Shown piece after piece: positions 8,756 through 16,756 of a DNA stretch of 39,526 bases. Both the position numbers and the translations under genes were made by a program. The stretch spans positions 1 through 39,526 of the forward strand of contig JAADEL010000028.1 in assembly GCA_013153395.1 (NCBI GenBank), given 5' to 3'. The DNA is from Candidatus Micrarchaeota archaeon (GTDB lineage: Archaea > Micrarchaeota > Micrarchaeia > Anstonellales > J096). Below the pieces are notes generated by a model that saw only the letters and a list, made by a program, of their open reading frames with translations, was not told the DNA's origin and searched no databases. Every line of letters starts with the position of its first letter. Positions within the stretch are counted from its first letter, which is position 1.

Positions 8756-9685
8756 TTAAAGGATATATATTAAGATCTTTCGTTCTTCCTTGGAAAGCCC
8801 ACCATGGGAGAACACATTATCGGGCTTGGCATAAGGAAACACAAATCCATAGCCTCTTTCGGCTATCACTGCGGTTTCACCATATCGGCGTTTGATTTCA
8901 GGTGTGAGAGGGAATCCCAACACAGCCTCCAATTCCTCTTTTTCTAGTACCAGCACGCCCTCCATATTCTCCAGAGCATTGGCTACCTCGTCATAGGAAA
9001 GCTGATAAAAGGCCGCTCGCTCACCACCTACCGGTAAGTTTCCCTCTATCTCAGGCAAAAATATCTTCTGCTGGCTCTCTGTTAAGCCGTGGTCTCCAAA
9101 GACATAGATCTTAACCTCAGGAGGAAGCCTTTTGCGAAGGCGTTTTACAGTAAGCTCCAGCAACTCTATCTCTTGGTTAAAGGCGGGTGAATAGGGGCCG
9201 TATTTGTGGAGGGTGTAATCTATCATTGGCCAGTTCACGAAGGTAAAATCCTTCTCGGGAAGCTCATAAAGCTGGGATAAGGTGTTTAAAGGTTGGGCCT
9301 TTCCCCATCTTTTTACATAAGGCTGGTCTAAATAGGGTGTAAGGTGTTGTACCTGGATCCCTTCCTCCTCAAGCAAACTAAACAGGTCATCCTCCAGCTC
9401 CTCTTCTACTCGATTACCATTCAGGTCTTTCCCCCATAAAGGGATATAAATCCCCTCTTCACCTCGGGTATAATGTTCGAGGGTGTGATGGTGTTCGGGG
9501 GTTTTCTGAGTATAAAGAGAATAGAAGAAAGCGGTTCCCGAAGTAGGAAAGAAAGCGTTGGTTTTCTTGGTAGCAGAAGGAATATTCAAGGGATAGCCGC
9601 CAAGGCCGTCAGCCAATATCACAAAGGCCTTTTCTTCGTTCTTGCGCACGCGGTCCAATATGGCACGCACCTCATCAAAGATCAT
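8756..9685 (-). CDS. Alkaline-phosphatase-superfamily protein, paralogue 1
   Basis: 309 aa. Motifs are ILADGLG, FFPTSGTAFFYSLYT, FGDHGL, NLPVGGERAAFYQL and SHGGLS. It is collinear with its neighbour along the full length. Confidence 0.6.
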   Translation of the reverse strand: MIFDEVRAILDRVRKNEEKAFVILADGLGGYPLNIPSATKKTNAFFPTSGTAFFYSLYTQKTPEHHHTLEHYTRGEEGIYIPLWGKDLNGNRVEEELEDDLFSLLEEEGIQVQHLTPYLDQPYVKRWGKAQPLNTLSQLYELPEKDFTFVNWPMIDYTLHKYGPYSPAFNQEIELLELTVKRLRKRLPPEVKIYVFGDHGLTESQQKIFLPEIEGNLPVGGERAAFYQLSYDEVANALENMEGVLVLEKEELEAVLGFPLTPEIKRRYGETAVIAERGYGFVFPYAKPDNVFSHGGLSKEERKILIYIL

Positions 9686-9688
9686 CGC

Positions 9689-10207
9689 TTATTCCTCACC
9701 ATCTATCTTTATAAGCTTTTTGTTTTCGCTGGGAATGACCTCTATCTTTGCCCCCGGGCGCTTGGCATAGAGATATTTTCCGCCCGTTAGCTCATATAAG
9801 AAAATGGCAAGGGCGGCCACCTCGCTATGGGGCTGATTGCCAATAGAGATGTTGTGAGAAATCTGATAGACCTCGCCCGGAACCTTCTCTCCACCCACCA
9901 CCACTACCATATCTTTGAAGCCTTTGATTTCCTCCATCTTTTCCTGAAAAGGCGCGCCATACATGGTAAGATGGACAATAGGGACTGTGAGCTCCTTGAG
10001 GTATTTCATAGGACGGGGCACATAAAAAACCTTGAAATCACCGCCCCAACGCTCCACCACCTTTTGAACGCTTTCTTCCATGCCCGGGTCATGGGTGCCT
10101 GAATAGGCCATATAGCTCGCGCCAAGAGCACGGGCCGTTAATGCCACATGGGTGGTGATGCGTTCATCCCGTGGGAGACGATGTCCAAGGCGAAACACTC
10201 CAATCAT
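9689..10207 (-). CDS. trm56: tRNA (cytidine56-2'-O)-methyltransferase aTrm56 (SPOUT)
   Basis: 172 aa. The N terminus MIGVFRLGHRLPRDERITTHVALTARALGA is the hallmark aTrm56 N terminus. Confidence 0.85.
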   Translation of the reverse strand: MIGVFRLGHRLPRDERITTHVALTARALGASYMAYSGTHDPGMEESVQKVVERWGGDFKVFYVPRPMKYLKELTVPIVHLTMYGAPFQEKMEEIKGFKDMVVVVGGEKVPGEVYQISHNISIGNQPHSEVAALAIFLYELTGGKYLYAKRPGAKIEVIPSENKKLIKIDGEE

Positions 10208-10209
10208 GC

Positions 10210-10217
10210 TTTAAAAA
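10210..10217 (+). promoter_or_regulatory. TATA box for uppS (crossed with the trm56 promoter)
   Basis: TTTAAAAA is centred 24.5 nt upstream of the ATG at 10238 and lies 3 nt from the trm56 start codon. Confidence 0.45.
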
Positions 10218-10227
10218 CCCAACGTTG

Positions 10228-10236
10228 TTATAAAAA
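10228..10236 (-). promoter_or_regulatory. TATA box for trm56 (crossed with the uppS promoter)
   Basis: The minus-strand sequence TTTTTATAA is centred 25 nt upstream of the ATG at 10207 and abuts the uppS start codon. Confidence 0.45.
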
Positions 10237-10237
10237 T

Positions 10238-10870
10238 ATGCATGTTGCTTTTATCCCAGACGGAAACCGGCGATGGGCCAAGAAAAACAACGTAAGCTTG
10301 CAGGAGGCCTATTTAAAAGGCACTGAGAAGCTAAAGGATGTCCTGCAATGGTCAAAGGACCTCGGAGTAAAGGAGGTCACCGTCTGGGCTATGAGCTATG
10401 ATAATTATAAAAAACGTTCACCCGAGGAAATCTCCCTTCTGTTTCAGATTATGAAAAACTATAGGCAGTGGTTGGGTGAGATCAAGAACGTGAAGGTGGA
10501 GTTTGTGGGAAAGCTAGACGAATTGCCCCAAGACATACTGGAGATGATAGAGGAGGTTAAGGAAAAAGGGAAGGAAGGAGAATACAAGATAAATGTGCTC
10601 TTTCTCTACAACGGAAGGTGGGAGATATTGGAGGTAGCCAAGAAAGGCCCAAAAACCGAGGAGGAACTTTATCAAGCACTTTTGCTCAAGAGCTTTCCCG
10701 ACATTGTGATTAGGACAGGGGGCCAAGTAAGAACCTCAGGATTCCTCCCCATCCAGACCGAGTATAGCGAATGGTTTTTCTTGGAGAAGTTATGGCCTGA
10801 TTTTAGTTTTGAAGATTATAAGAAAATCTTGGAAGATTTCCAAAAAAGGCAGAGGAACTTTGGAAAATGA
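10238..10870 (+). CDS. uppS: cis-prenyltransferase (undecaprenyl-diphosphate synthase family)
   Basis: The track ORF begins at 10148 but would overlap trm56. The ATG at 10238 gives MHVAFIPDGNRRWAKK, the canonical UPPS N terminus. IRTGG and RNFG lie near the C terminus. Confidence 0.85.
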   Translation: MHVAFIPDGNRRWAKKNNVSLQEAYLKGTEKLKDVLQWSKDLGVKEVTVWAMSYDNYKKRSPEEISLLFQIMKNYRQWLGEIKNVKVEFVGKLDELPQDILEMIEEVKEKGKEGEYKINVLFLYNGRWEILEVAKKGPKTEEELYQALLLKSFPDIVIRTGGQVRTSGFLPIQTEYSEWFFLEKLWPDFSFEDYKKILEDFQKRQRNFGK

Positions 10871-11640
10871 AAATCAAGCTCTTCCGGGACCTAAGCGTGT
10901 ATGAGAACGCTGCCTATTATTTTGAGAAGGCAAAGAAGCTAAAGAAGAAGCTCCAAGGTATGTATAAGGCGTTGGAGGAGCTGGATAAAAAAATAGAGGA
11001 GGCCCGTCAGGAGATCAAGCGCCAGCAAGAACAACTGGAGCGGGCAAAGAAGCATGTGGAAAAACAAGAATGGTATGAGCGGTTTAACTGGAGCTTTACC
11101 AGCGAGGGCAAGCTTGTGCTCATAGGAAAGGATGCACCCCAGAATGAGGTTCTTGTGAGGAGATATCTGGAGCCCAAGGACCTCTTCTTTCATGCCGATA
11201 TTCAAGGAGCCTCCACCGTGATCTTGAAAAAAGGGCAAGAGGCCTCAGAGCGAGAGCTTTTGGAGGCTGCCCAGCTTGCCGCTTCCTATAGCAGGGCCTG
11301 GAAAGAGGGCCTTACCACTGTAAACGTGTATGCAGTAAAACCTGAGCAAGTGAAAAAGGCCTCTCAAGGAGAATACCTAGGCACCGGTGGATTCTTGATA
11401 GTGGGAGAAAGGAAATGGTTTAAGCATACACCGCTAGGGCTGAAGATAGGGCTAAAGGATGGAAAGCTCTGGGTGGTGCCCGCCATATCCAAGATAGATC
11501 TAGAAAAGCAATACTGGCTAAAGCCAGGAGGGCCTTACGGGAAGGGACAGCTGGCAAAGAAGCTCTCTCCCTATTACAACATCCATCCAGACTATTTTCT
11601 CTCAAGATTGCCTGCGGGTAAGTTCTCCTTAAAACAGTAG
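10867..11640 (+). CDS. Stand-alone NFACT-R (DUF814) domain protein, Rqc2/RqcH-related
   Basis: 257 aa. An N-terminal coiled coil is followed by WSFTSEGKLVLIGKDAPQNEVLVRRYLEPKDLFFHADIQGASTVILKK...AASYSRAW, the DUF814 signature. No NFACT-N domain is present. Confidence 0.7.
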   Translation: MKIKLFRDLSVYENAAYYFEKAKKLKKKLQGMYKALEELDKKIEEARQEIKRQQEQLERAKKHVEKQEWYERFNWSFTSEGKLVLIGKDAPQNEVLVRRYLEPKDLFFHADIQGASTVILKKGQEASERELLEAAQLAASYSRAWKEGLTTVNVYAVKPEQVKKASQGEYLGTGGFLIVGERKWFKHTPLGLKIGLKDGKLWVVPAISKIDLEKQYWLKPGGPYGKGQLAKKLSPYYNIHPDYFLSRLPAGKFSLKQ

Positions 11641-12801
11641 AGACCTGCGCCAGGCATCTATCTTTCTTTCTTTCTCAAACTCGGGCAGGTTCCAGCCCAT
11701 CTTTTCTTGCTTATATTGCTTAGCAATAGGGTATTTCTGGAAGAATTCCTTTGTCAAGCTCTCCAACTCATAATCATAGGGCCTCACGATGTTTATGTAT
11801 CCGTCTTTGAGAAAGAGCTCCCCTTTTATTTTCCCGAACCTCATATCTGCTCTCGGACCTTGTCTCACATCCTTAAAGGAAACCTTAGCATCCACAGGAA
11901 TCCCTCCGATATAGCCATAGTTCTCATTCCCATAGACACTTACCCATTTTAGGAAAATCTTGTGGTCCTCAAGGTATTTGCGCCAGGCCCTTGCCATCCT
12001 TTTGAGCTGCCCAAAAAGCTGCTCCTCCACCACATCATGGGAAAACAATATCCCAAATTCGGGCTCAGGGTCTTTTTCTTTTTCAAAGAAGAACTCCTCT
12101 GAAGGGCTTTCGAGATATTTGCGGGCATATAAGATGGCCTTTGCCATGGTGTCAAGCTCCACAGCAGCCGCCACATTCCTGTTGCCATCCACAGGATCCA
12201 CAATAACCAAGGGCTCTTGGAAATCCCTTGAACGATTTCCTTCAATATCGATGATAGTTTTGTAAAATTTCCAATTTGCCATGTGCTTTATTGTATTTTC
12301 AAAGGTTCCATAGTGGATGATTAGGAGCTCGGTGGCATAGCCGGAAAAACCCCCTACTCTAATCTCAGCCCCATACAGCCCCAGCGCCTTCAAAAACCTC
12401 TTTAGCAGCCTAACCTCATCCTTTTGCTCCTCGGTGAGATGGGAGACCACATAACGATAGTGATAGGGCGTTCTATCCACAGCGCTCTTTTCCTTTTTGG
12501 ACAAAGGAACAATATCTATCCAGATTCCCTTGTAAAAGATGCGCACATAGGGATGTTCCGCATACCTTACCACTACCTTGTCAAACACCTTCTTTGCTTT
12601 CTCGAGGATATATTCAAAGGCCTCTTTTTTGCCCATCTCGGTTTCAAAAAAGACATCAAGGTCATAATCCCCTTTGAGGTTGGTCCCCTTTGCCACTGAA
12701 CCATACATCTTGAGGTCTTCGCCTAGCTTCTCTCGCACCTCCTCGAAGATCTTAAGAGCCTCAGTGTTATCAGGCCTTAGTTGCTCCTTCAAGGATTCCA
12801 T
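11629..12801 (-). CDS. cca: CCA-adding enzyme (archaeal class I tRNA nucleotidyltransferase)
   Basis: 390 aa. YGSVAKGTNLKGDYDLDVF is the class-I nucleotidyltransferase motif. RTPYHYRYV and GAEIRVGGFSGY follow it. Confidence 0.85.
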   Translation of the reverse strand: MESLKEQLRPDNTEALKIFEEVREKLGEDLKMYGSVAKGTNLKGDYDLDVFFETEMGKKEAFEYILEKAKKVFDKVVVRYAEHPYVRIFYKGIWIDIVPLSKKEKSAVDRTPYHYRYVVSHLTEEQKDEVRLLKRFLKALGLYGAEIRVGGFSGYATELLIIHYGTFENTIKHMANWKFYKTIIDIEGNRSRDFQEPLVIVDPVDGNRNVAAAVELDTMAKAILYARKYLESPSEEFFFEKEKDPEPEFGILFSHDVVEEQLFGQLKRMARAWRKYLEDHKIFLKWVSVYGNENYGYIGGIPVDAKVSFKDVRQGPRADMRFGKIKGELFLKDGYINIVRPYDYELESLTKEFFQKYPIAKQYKQEKMGWNLPEFEKERKIDAWRRSLLF

Positions 12802-13403
12802 GCTTCTACCTTTATCTTTTTGGCCCCAAGGTCTTTAAACTGTTGGGCAAAGGGAATGCTCCCACAAACAAAAAGCGTATAGTCCTTTAGGTCAAAGCCT
12901 TCTAGGTCTTTGGCTGAGAGGCGAGAATCACCTTCTCGGGTAAATCGTTCTACAATATCAATGTCCCAATACTTAAATTCAGATTGATAGGGATGGTTGG
13001 CCCTGGTGCGGGTGCTAAAAAAGAGATGGAAATCGCCTTTTATCTCTTGCTCATGGATATACCTTAAAATGGACATCATGGGGGCTAGGCCCGCACCTGC
13101 TGCCAAGAATATGGCTTTGGTTTCTCCCTCATAGGTCATATGACCAAAGGGACCTTGGACGTCAATCTCCTTACCCAATATTTCATCTAGGCGAGAGGTA
13201 AATTGGCCCCCTTCTTTTTTTGTGATCATAAACTCCAGGTATTCCCAGCTCGGGGAGCTTGCTATAGAATAGGGCCTTCTTATCCCATCATAGGTGAGCA
13301 TCACAAACTGTCCAGGCTTAAAGGAGAGCTTTTCCTCTAGTGGCCAAGCCCGCAGCACATAAACATTCCCTTGCTTAGAAACGTATTTTACTTCGTATTT
13401 CAT
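12789..13403 (-). CDS. Ferredoxin-NADP reductase-like FAD/NAD(P)-binding oxidoreductase
   Basis: 204 aa. RRPYSIAS is the RxYS FAD motif and AAGAGLAPMMSIL is the NAD-binding motif. No Fe-S C-terminal extension is present. Confidence 0.65.
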   Translation of the reverse strand: MKYEVKYVSKQGNVYVLRAWPLEEKLSFKPGQFVMLTYDGIRRPYSIASSPSWEYLEFMITKKEGGQFTSRLDEILGKEIDVQGPFGHMTYEGETKAIFLAAGAGLAPMMSILRYIHEQEIKGDFHLFFSTRTRANHPYQSEFKYWDIDIVERFTREGDSRLSAKDLEGFDLKDYTLFVCGSIPFAQQFKDLGAKKIKVEAWNP

Positions 13404-13879
13404 TTTCTCTTCTTCTTATATGCAAGGACGGTTTCCTCGTCTAAGACCTCTAGCCCCTCTCCGCACACTGGACACTTGAAGAAAAGGTCGGCGGCCTCGT
13501 CAAAGGAAAAGGTATGGGATATTCCACAAGAAGGACAATAGTAGAGCTCTTCTTCTTGCACCCGCCTTATCAAATCATCGTATTTCTTGTTAAACTCTCT
13601 ATCAATCCAGGATTTAAACTTCTTAGCATCCACCAACCACTCATACTGCCACCATCCTGTCTCCTTATCTCTTTTTCTTTTATAATAAACAATACCCAGC
13701 TCAGCAAGCTTATTCAAAGCAACCCTAACATCGCTTACCTTGACGCCCAACCTTTCGGCTATTTCCTCATCCTTTAGATTTTGGCGCAAAAGCTGCAAAA
13801 CAGCAATAGCATTTTCACCCGCCTTATCAATCAAGGCCTTACGAACTTGAGGGTCATCAAGGTAATTCATAATGTCCAT
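13400..13879 (-). CDS. tfe: Transcription factor E (TFE alpha)
   Basis: 159 aa. A winged helix (EEIAERLGVKVSDVRVALNKLAELGIVYYKR) is followed by a zinc ribbon (CPSCG...CPVCG). Confidence 0.8.
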   Translation of the reverse strand: MDIMNYLDDPQVRKALIDKAGENAIAVLQLLRQNLKDEEIAERLGVKVSDVRVALNKLAELGIVYYKRKRDKETGWWQYEWLVDAKKFKSWIDREFNKKYDDLIRRVQEEELYYCPSCGISHTFSFDEAADLFFKCPVCGEGLEVLDEETVLAYKKKRK

Positions 13880-13891
13880 TACTTTATTTTT

Positions 13892-15022
13892 CTAACTAAC
13901 CTTTTTTAAAGCCTCATCCAAATTTAAGGTTTCTTCCTTGGACTGGGCAAGGTCTCGGAGGGTAATCTTCCTTTCTTGGGCCTCTTTAGGGCCTATGATG
14001 GCCACCCAGCGATAGTGCTTGCTCGCATACTCCAGCTGCTTTTTGAGGGATCTCTCCTGGAGGTTGAGCTCTGTGGGAATGTTATGCCGGCGGAAGAAAG
14101 AGGCGGCCTCGTTGGCAAACTCCTTTTCCTTTATCCAGGCTATGAAAAGGCCTTTGGGAGGGAACTCCTTTTCCCAGATATCATAAATACGGTCAACTCC
14201 AAAGCTTATGCCCACGTTATAATCACTCCCGAACATTCCGTCATAGCGGCCTCCGCCACCTACGCTCACATTCACCCCTTCTATGCCGAACTCAAAGAGC
14301 TCGCCTGTGTAGTAATCCAACCCACGGACCAAAAAAGGGTCAAAGGTCCTTCCCAGCACCTTGAGGTCTTCATAGGCCTTCTCCGAATAGCCTCTCACAT
14401 CTTCCAACGTCATCTTAGAAAGCCTATCCACAATCTCTCCGTCTATGCCCTTTTTCTCGAGCTCTTGCTTTACCCAATCCTTGCCAAAGCGGTCAATCTT
14501 ATCTAGAGTGCGGAAGAAAAAGCCCTTATCCTCAATATCCTTGGCCAGCTCTAGCAAAAAAGCCTTGTGATTTACCCGAATGATAGGCTGGATTTCAAGG
14601 CGGCGAAACACCTCCTCTGCTATCTCCAGCAGCTCCTGAGAGGCCCAGATTTCCTTTACTCCGATTATATCAACATCGGCTTGCACAAATTCTCTATATC
14701 TCATCTTTTGGGGTTCTTCGTTTCTCCACACCTTGCCTATCGCATAGCGTTTGAAAGGCTTGGGGATCTCGGGGTGGTCTCTTACATAGCGCATGAGGGG
14801 TACGGTGTGGTCGAACCTCAATCCCTCTTTCTCACAATAGAAGATTTGCTCTTTGATTTCCTCCCCTCCTTTTTCCGTCAATGTGGAGAGATATTCGAGG
14901 GCAGGCGTCTCCATATAACGATAGCCGTAGAGGCGAAACACCTCTTCAATGATGGAGAGGAGCTTACGCCTTTTCTCCCCTACAAAATCCCTAACTCCCG
15001 GCGGTAGCATTATAAACACCAA
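13892..15022 (-). CDS. hisS: Histidine--tRNA ligase (short form)
   Basis: 376 aa. Class II motifs are present: PGVRDF, WRNEEPQKMRYREFVQADVDIIG, LDYYTGELFE and GGGGRYD. A C-terminal anticodon-binding domain is also present. The start could instead be the ATG at 15010. Confidence 0.8.
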   Translation of the reverse strand: MVFIMLPPGVRDFVGEKRRKLLSIIEEVFRLYGYRYMETPALEYLSTLTEKGGEEIKEQIFYCEKEGLRFDHTVPLMRYVRDHPEIPKPFKRYAIGKVWRNEEPQKMRYREFVQADVDIIGVKEIWASQELLEIAEEVFRRLEIQPIIRVNHKAFLLELAKDIEDKGFFFRTLDKIDRFGKDWVKQELEKKGIDGEIVDRLSKMTLEDVRGYSEKAYEDLKVLGRTFDPFLVRGLDYYTGELFEFGIEGVNVSVGGGGRYDGMFGSDYNVGISFGVDRIYDIWEKEFPPKGLFIAWIKEKEFANEAASFFRRHNIPTELNLQERSLKKQLEYASKHYRWVAIIGPKEAQERKITLRDLAQSKEETLNLDEALKKVS

Positions 15023-15869
15023 AGCATTCTTCAGGGTTGGGTGCGTATCTACAGGCGCTCACATCTTTGGTTTTGGTGATATAGACGTCTAAGCACACTG
15101 TGATGTTGGTATCATACTTACACAAGAAAGGCATTCTATATTCCACGGCCACGCTTCTAAGCTCAGTAGGAGAAGGGGGCTCCAAGATATAGGAAAGGGC
15201 CACCTGCACATAATTCATGGTAGCGTTAGGTTCTATCATAGGGATCTCGTCATAGAACTGGAGCGGAGAATAATTAACTACCGCTACATACTCGCTTCCA
15301 TTCACCAGATAAAGCACCTTTCGCACCCTTTCTAAAGAGCCATCCTCCCTGAAATTATAGGTGAGGTTAATGAGAGCAATCTGATTTACTACCGCAGGAT
15401 TGCCGATTCTTAAATCCCGGAGTTGAGCATAGGAAAGGTCGGAATAATTATAGAGCACATTCAAGGTGTTGTTGTTTACCTCTACCTTCTGGGCAATCTC
15501 CAATAGGGTGTTGAAAAACCTTCTCTCTTGCTCTATAAAGGCAGGTGTCCAAAAGTAATTATCTCTAATATCATCGAGGGTGGCAGGCTCACATCCTATC
15601 TTATCCTCCACCCATAAACAGGTTCTGTTCTCATAACGCCAAAGAGAGTAGTTGGTGAAGTTGTATATTACCAAAGAAGGATTGTAAACAACTACCGTCA
15701 CATTGTCGGCAAGCTCTCCATCCTTCCAGTAAGTATAGGTCCAAGAAAGGGTATAGTTATCCTGGGAATGATTAGAGAGAAAGGCAATATAACGTTCCAC
15801 CAGCTGCTGGGCTCCAGTATCCTGGGCTACACATCCTGAGAGAACCAAAAGCAACAAGAGCCAAATCAT
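14991..15869 (-). CDS. Putative lipoprotein / surface glycoprotein, unknown function
   Basis: 292 aa. MIWLLLLLVLSGC is a signal peptide with a lipobox-like LSGC. There are 14 N-x-S/T sequons and 6 further Cys. Confidence 0.55.
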   Translation of the reverse strand: MIWLLLLLVLSGCVAQDTGAQQLVERYIAFLSNHSQDNYTLSWTYTYWKDGELADNVTVVVYNPSLVIYNFTNYSLWRYENRTCLWVEDKIGCEPATLDDIRDNYFWTPAFIEQERRFFNTLLEIAQKVEVNNNTLNVLYNYSDLSYAQLRDLRIGNPAVVNQIALINLTYNFREDGSLERVRKVLYLVNGSEYVAVVNYSPLQFYDEIPMIEPNATMNYVQVALSYILEPPSPTELRSVAVEYRMPFLCKYDTNITVCLDVYITKTKDVSACRYAPNPEECFGVYNATAGS

Positions 15870-15872
15870 GCT

Positions 15873-16421
15873 TTATTTCCTGATAAAAGGCTTTAAGAGC
15901 TTTTTTACTTTCTTAATAGCCTCCTTGACCTCTTCCTCGCTCTTAGAACCTGCAATAATAAGCTTTCCGTTCTTGAACACGAGCACAGTAACCTTAGGCT
16001 TGTCTAGCTTTAGAATCGTTCCAGGGAATTGCTCAGGCTCATACTCCACATTGGCCTCAAGCTCCTCTACAATCTCAAACAGATTAAGGTCGGTTTTAAG
16101 GTCGGCTAATGCCACGATGTTGGTAATCTGATACGGGATCTTCTTCATGCGCTTGCGAATCTTAGTAGAGACCTTCTTGAGTTGATCATAAGCAAGCTTA
16201 ATAGCACTTTCAATATCCTTCTTGGTTTTACAACCTACAATCACAATCTTACCGTTCTTGAAAACAAGAATGGTTGCCTTAGGTTGAGTAAGCTTGAGGA
16301 TAGCGCCAGGAAACTGCTCGGGTTCGTATTCAGAATTTCTGAGTTTTTCAGCCACCTGGTGGAGGTCGATTTCAAGGCCGAGGTCGGTGGAGGCCACCAG
16401 GTTCACTATCTTATAACTCAT
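15873..16421 (-). CDS. tbp: TATA-box binding protein
   Basis: 182 aa. Two direct repeats carry NLVASTDLG...EYEPEQFPGAILKL and NIVALADL...EYEPEQFPGTILKL. Confidence 0.95.
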   Translation of the reverse strand: MSYKIVNLVASTDLGLEIDLHQVAEKLRNSEYEPEQFPGAILKLTQPKATILVFKNGKIVIVGCKTKKDIESAIKLAYDQLKKVSTKIRKRMKKIPYQITNIVALADLKTDLNLFEIVEELEANVEYEPEQFPGTILKLDKPKVTVLVFKNGKLIIAGSKSEEEVKEAIKKVKKLLKPFIRK

Positions 16422-16442
16422 ATTTAAATACTAAAACCTAAC

Positions 16443-16452
16443 CTTTATAAAG
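16443..16452. promoter_or_regulatory. Single palindromic TATA box shared by tbp(-) and rpl21e(+)
   Basis: CTTTATAAAG is a perfect palindrome centred at 16447.5. It lies 26.5 nt from the tbp ATG (16421) and 27.5 nt from the rpl21e ATG (16475). Confidence 0.5.
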
Positions 16453-16474
16453 CCATTGTTTATAAATAAAAGCC

Positions 16475-16756
16475 ATGAAACGCCCTAAAGGATATTTAAG
16501 CAAGCACACCCGCAGCCTTAAGGCGAAGCGTAAGCTCACACCTGCCGACTTTGTGAGGAAGTTCGAGATTGGAGAAAAGGTAAGGATTGTACCTTATCCT
16601 TATTATAAAGCGGGCATGATTCCTCACCGCCGCTACAAGAACCTAGTGGGTGTGATAACAGGAAAAAGAGGAAGCTCTTATATTATTGAGGTAATGCTAG
16701 GGAAGAAAAAGAAGGTGCTTATCCTCTTACCTATCCACCTTCAGAGGGTGGAATAA
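16475..16756 (+). CDS. rpl21e: 50S ribosomal protein L21e
   Basis: 93 aa. The protein is basic, with FEIGEKVRIVPYP ... HRRYKNLVGVITGKRGSSYIIEV. Confidence 0.9.
   Translation: MKRPKGYLSKHTRSLKAKRKLTPADFVRKFEIGEKVRIVPYPYYKAGMIPHRRYKNLVGVITGKRGSSYIIEVMLGKKKKVLILLPIHLQRVE

Noticed and set aside
7799-9685. PglZ-like motifs in the tandem phosphatase-superfamily genes suggested a BREX defence system.
   Set aside because: The proteins are only ~310 aa. No BrxC/PglY ATPase, PglX methyltransferase, BrxA/B or Lon-like genes are nearby. The neighbours are housekeeping genes (trm56, uppS).
10148-10237. N-terminal extension of uppS (track ORF start 10148).
   Set aside because: It overlaps the trm56 N terminus on the opposite strand by 60 nt. 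The canonical UPPS N terminus MHVAFIPDGNRRW begins at 10238, with a TATA box 24.5 nt upstream.
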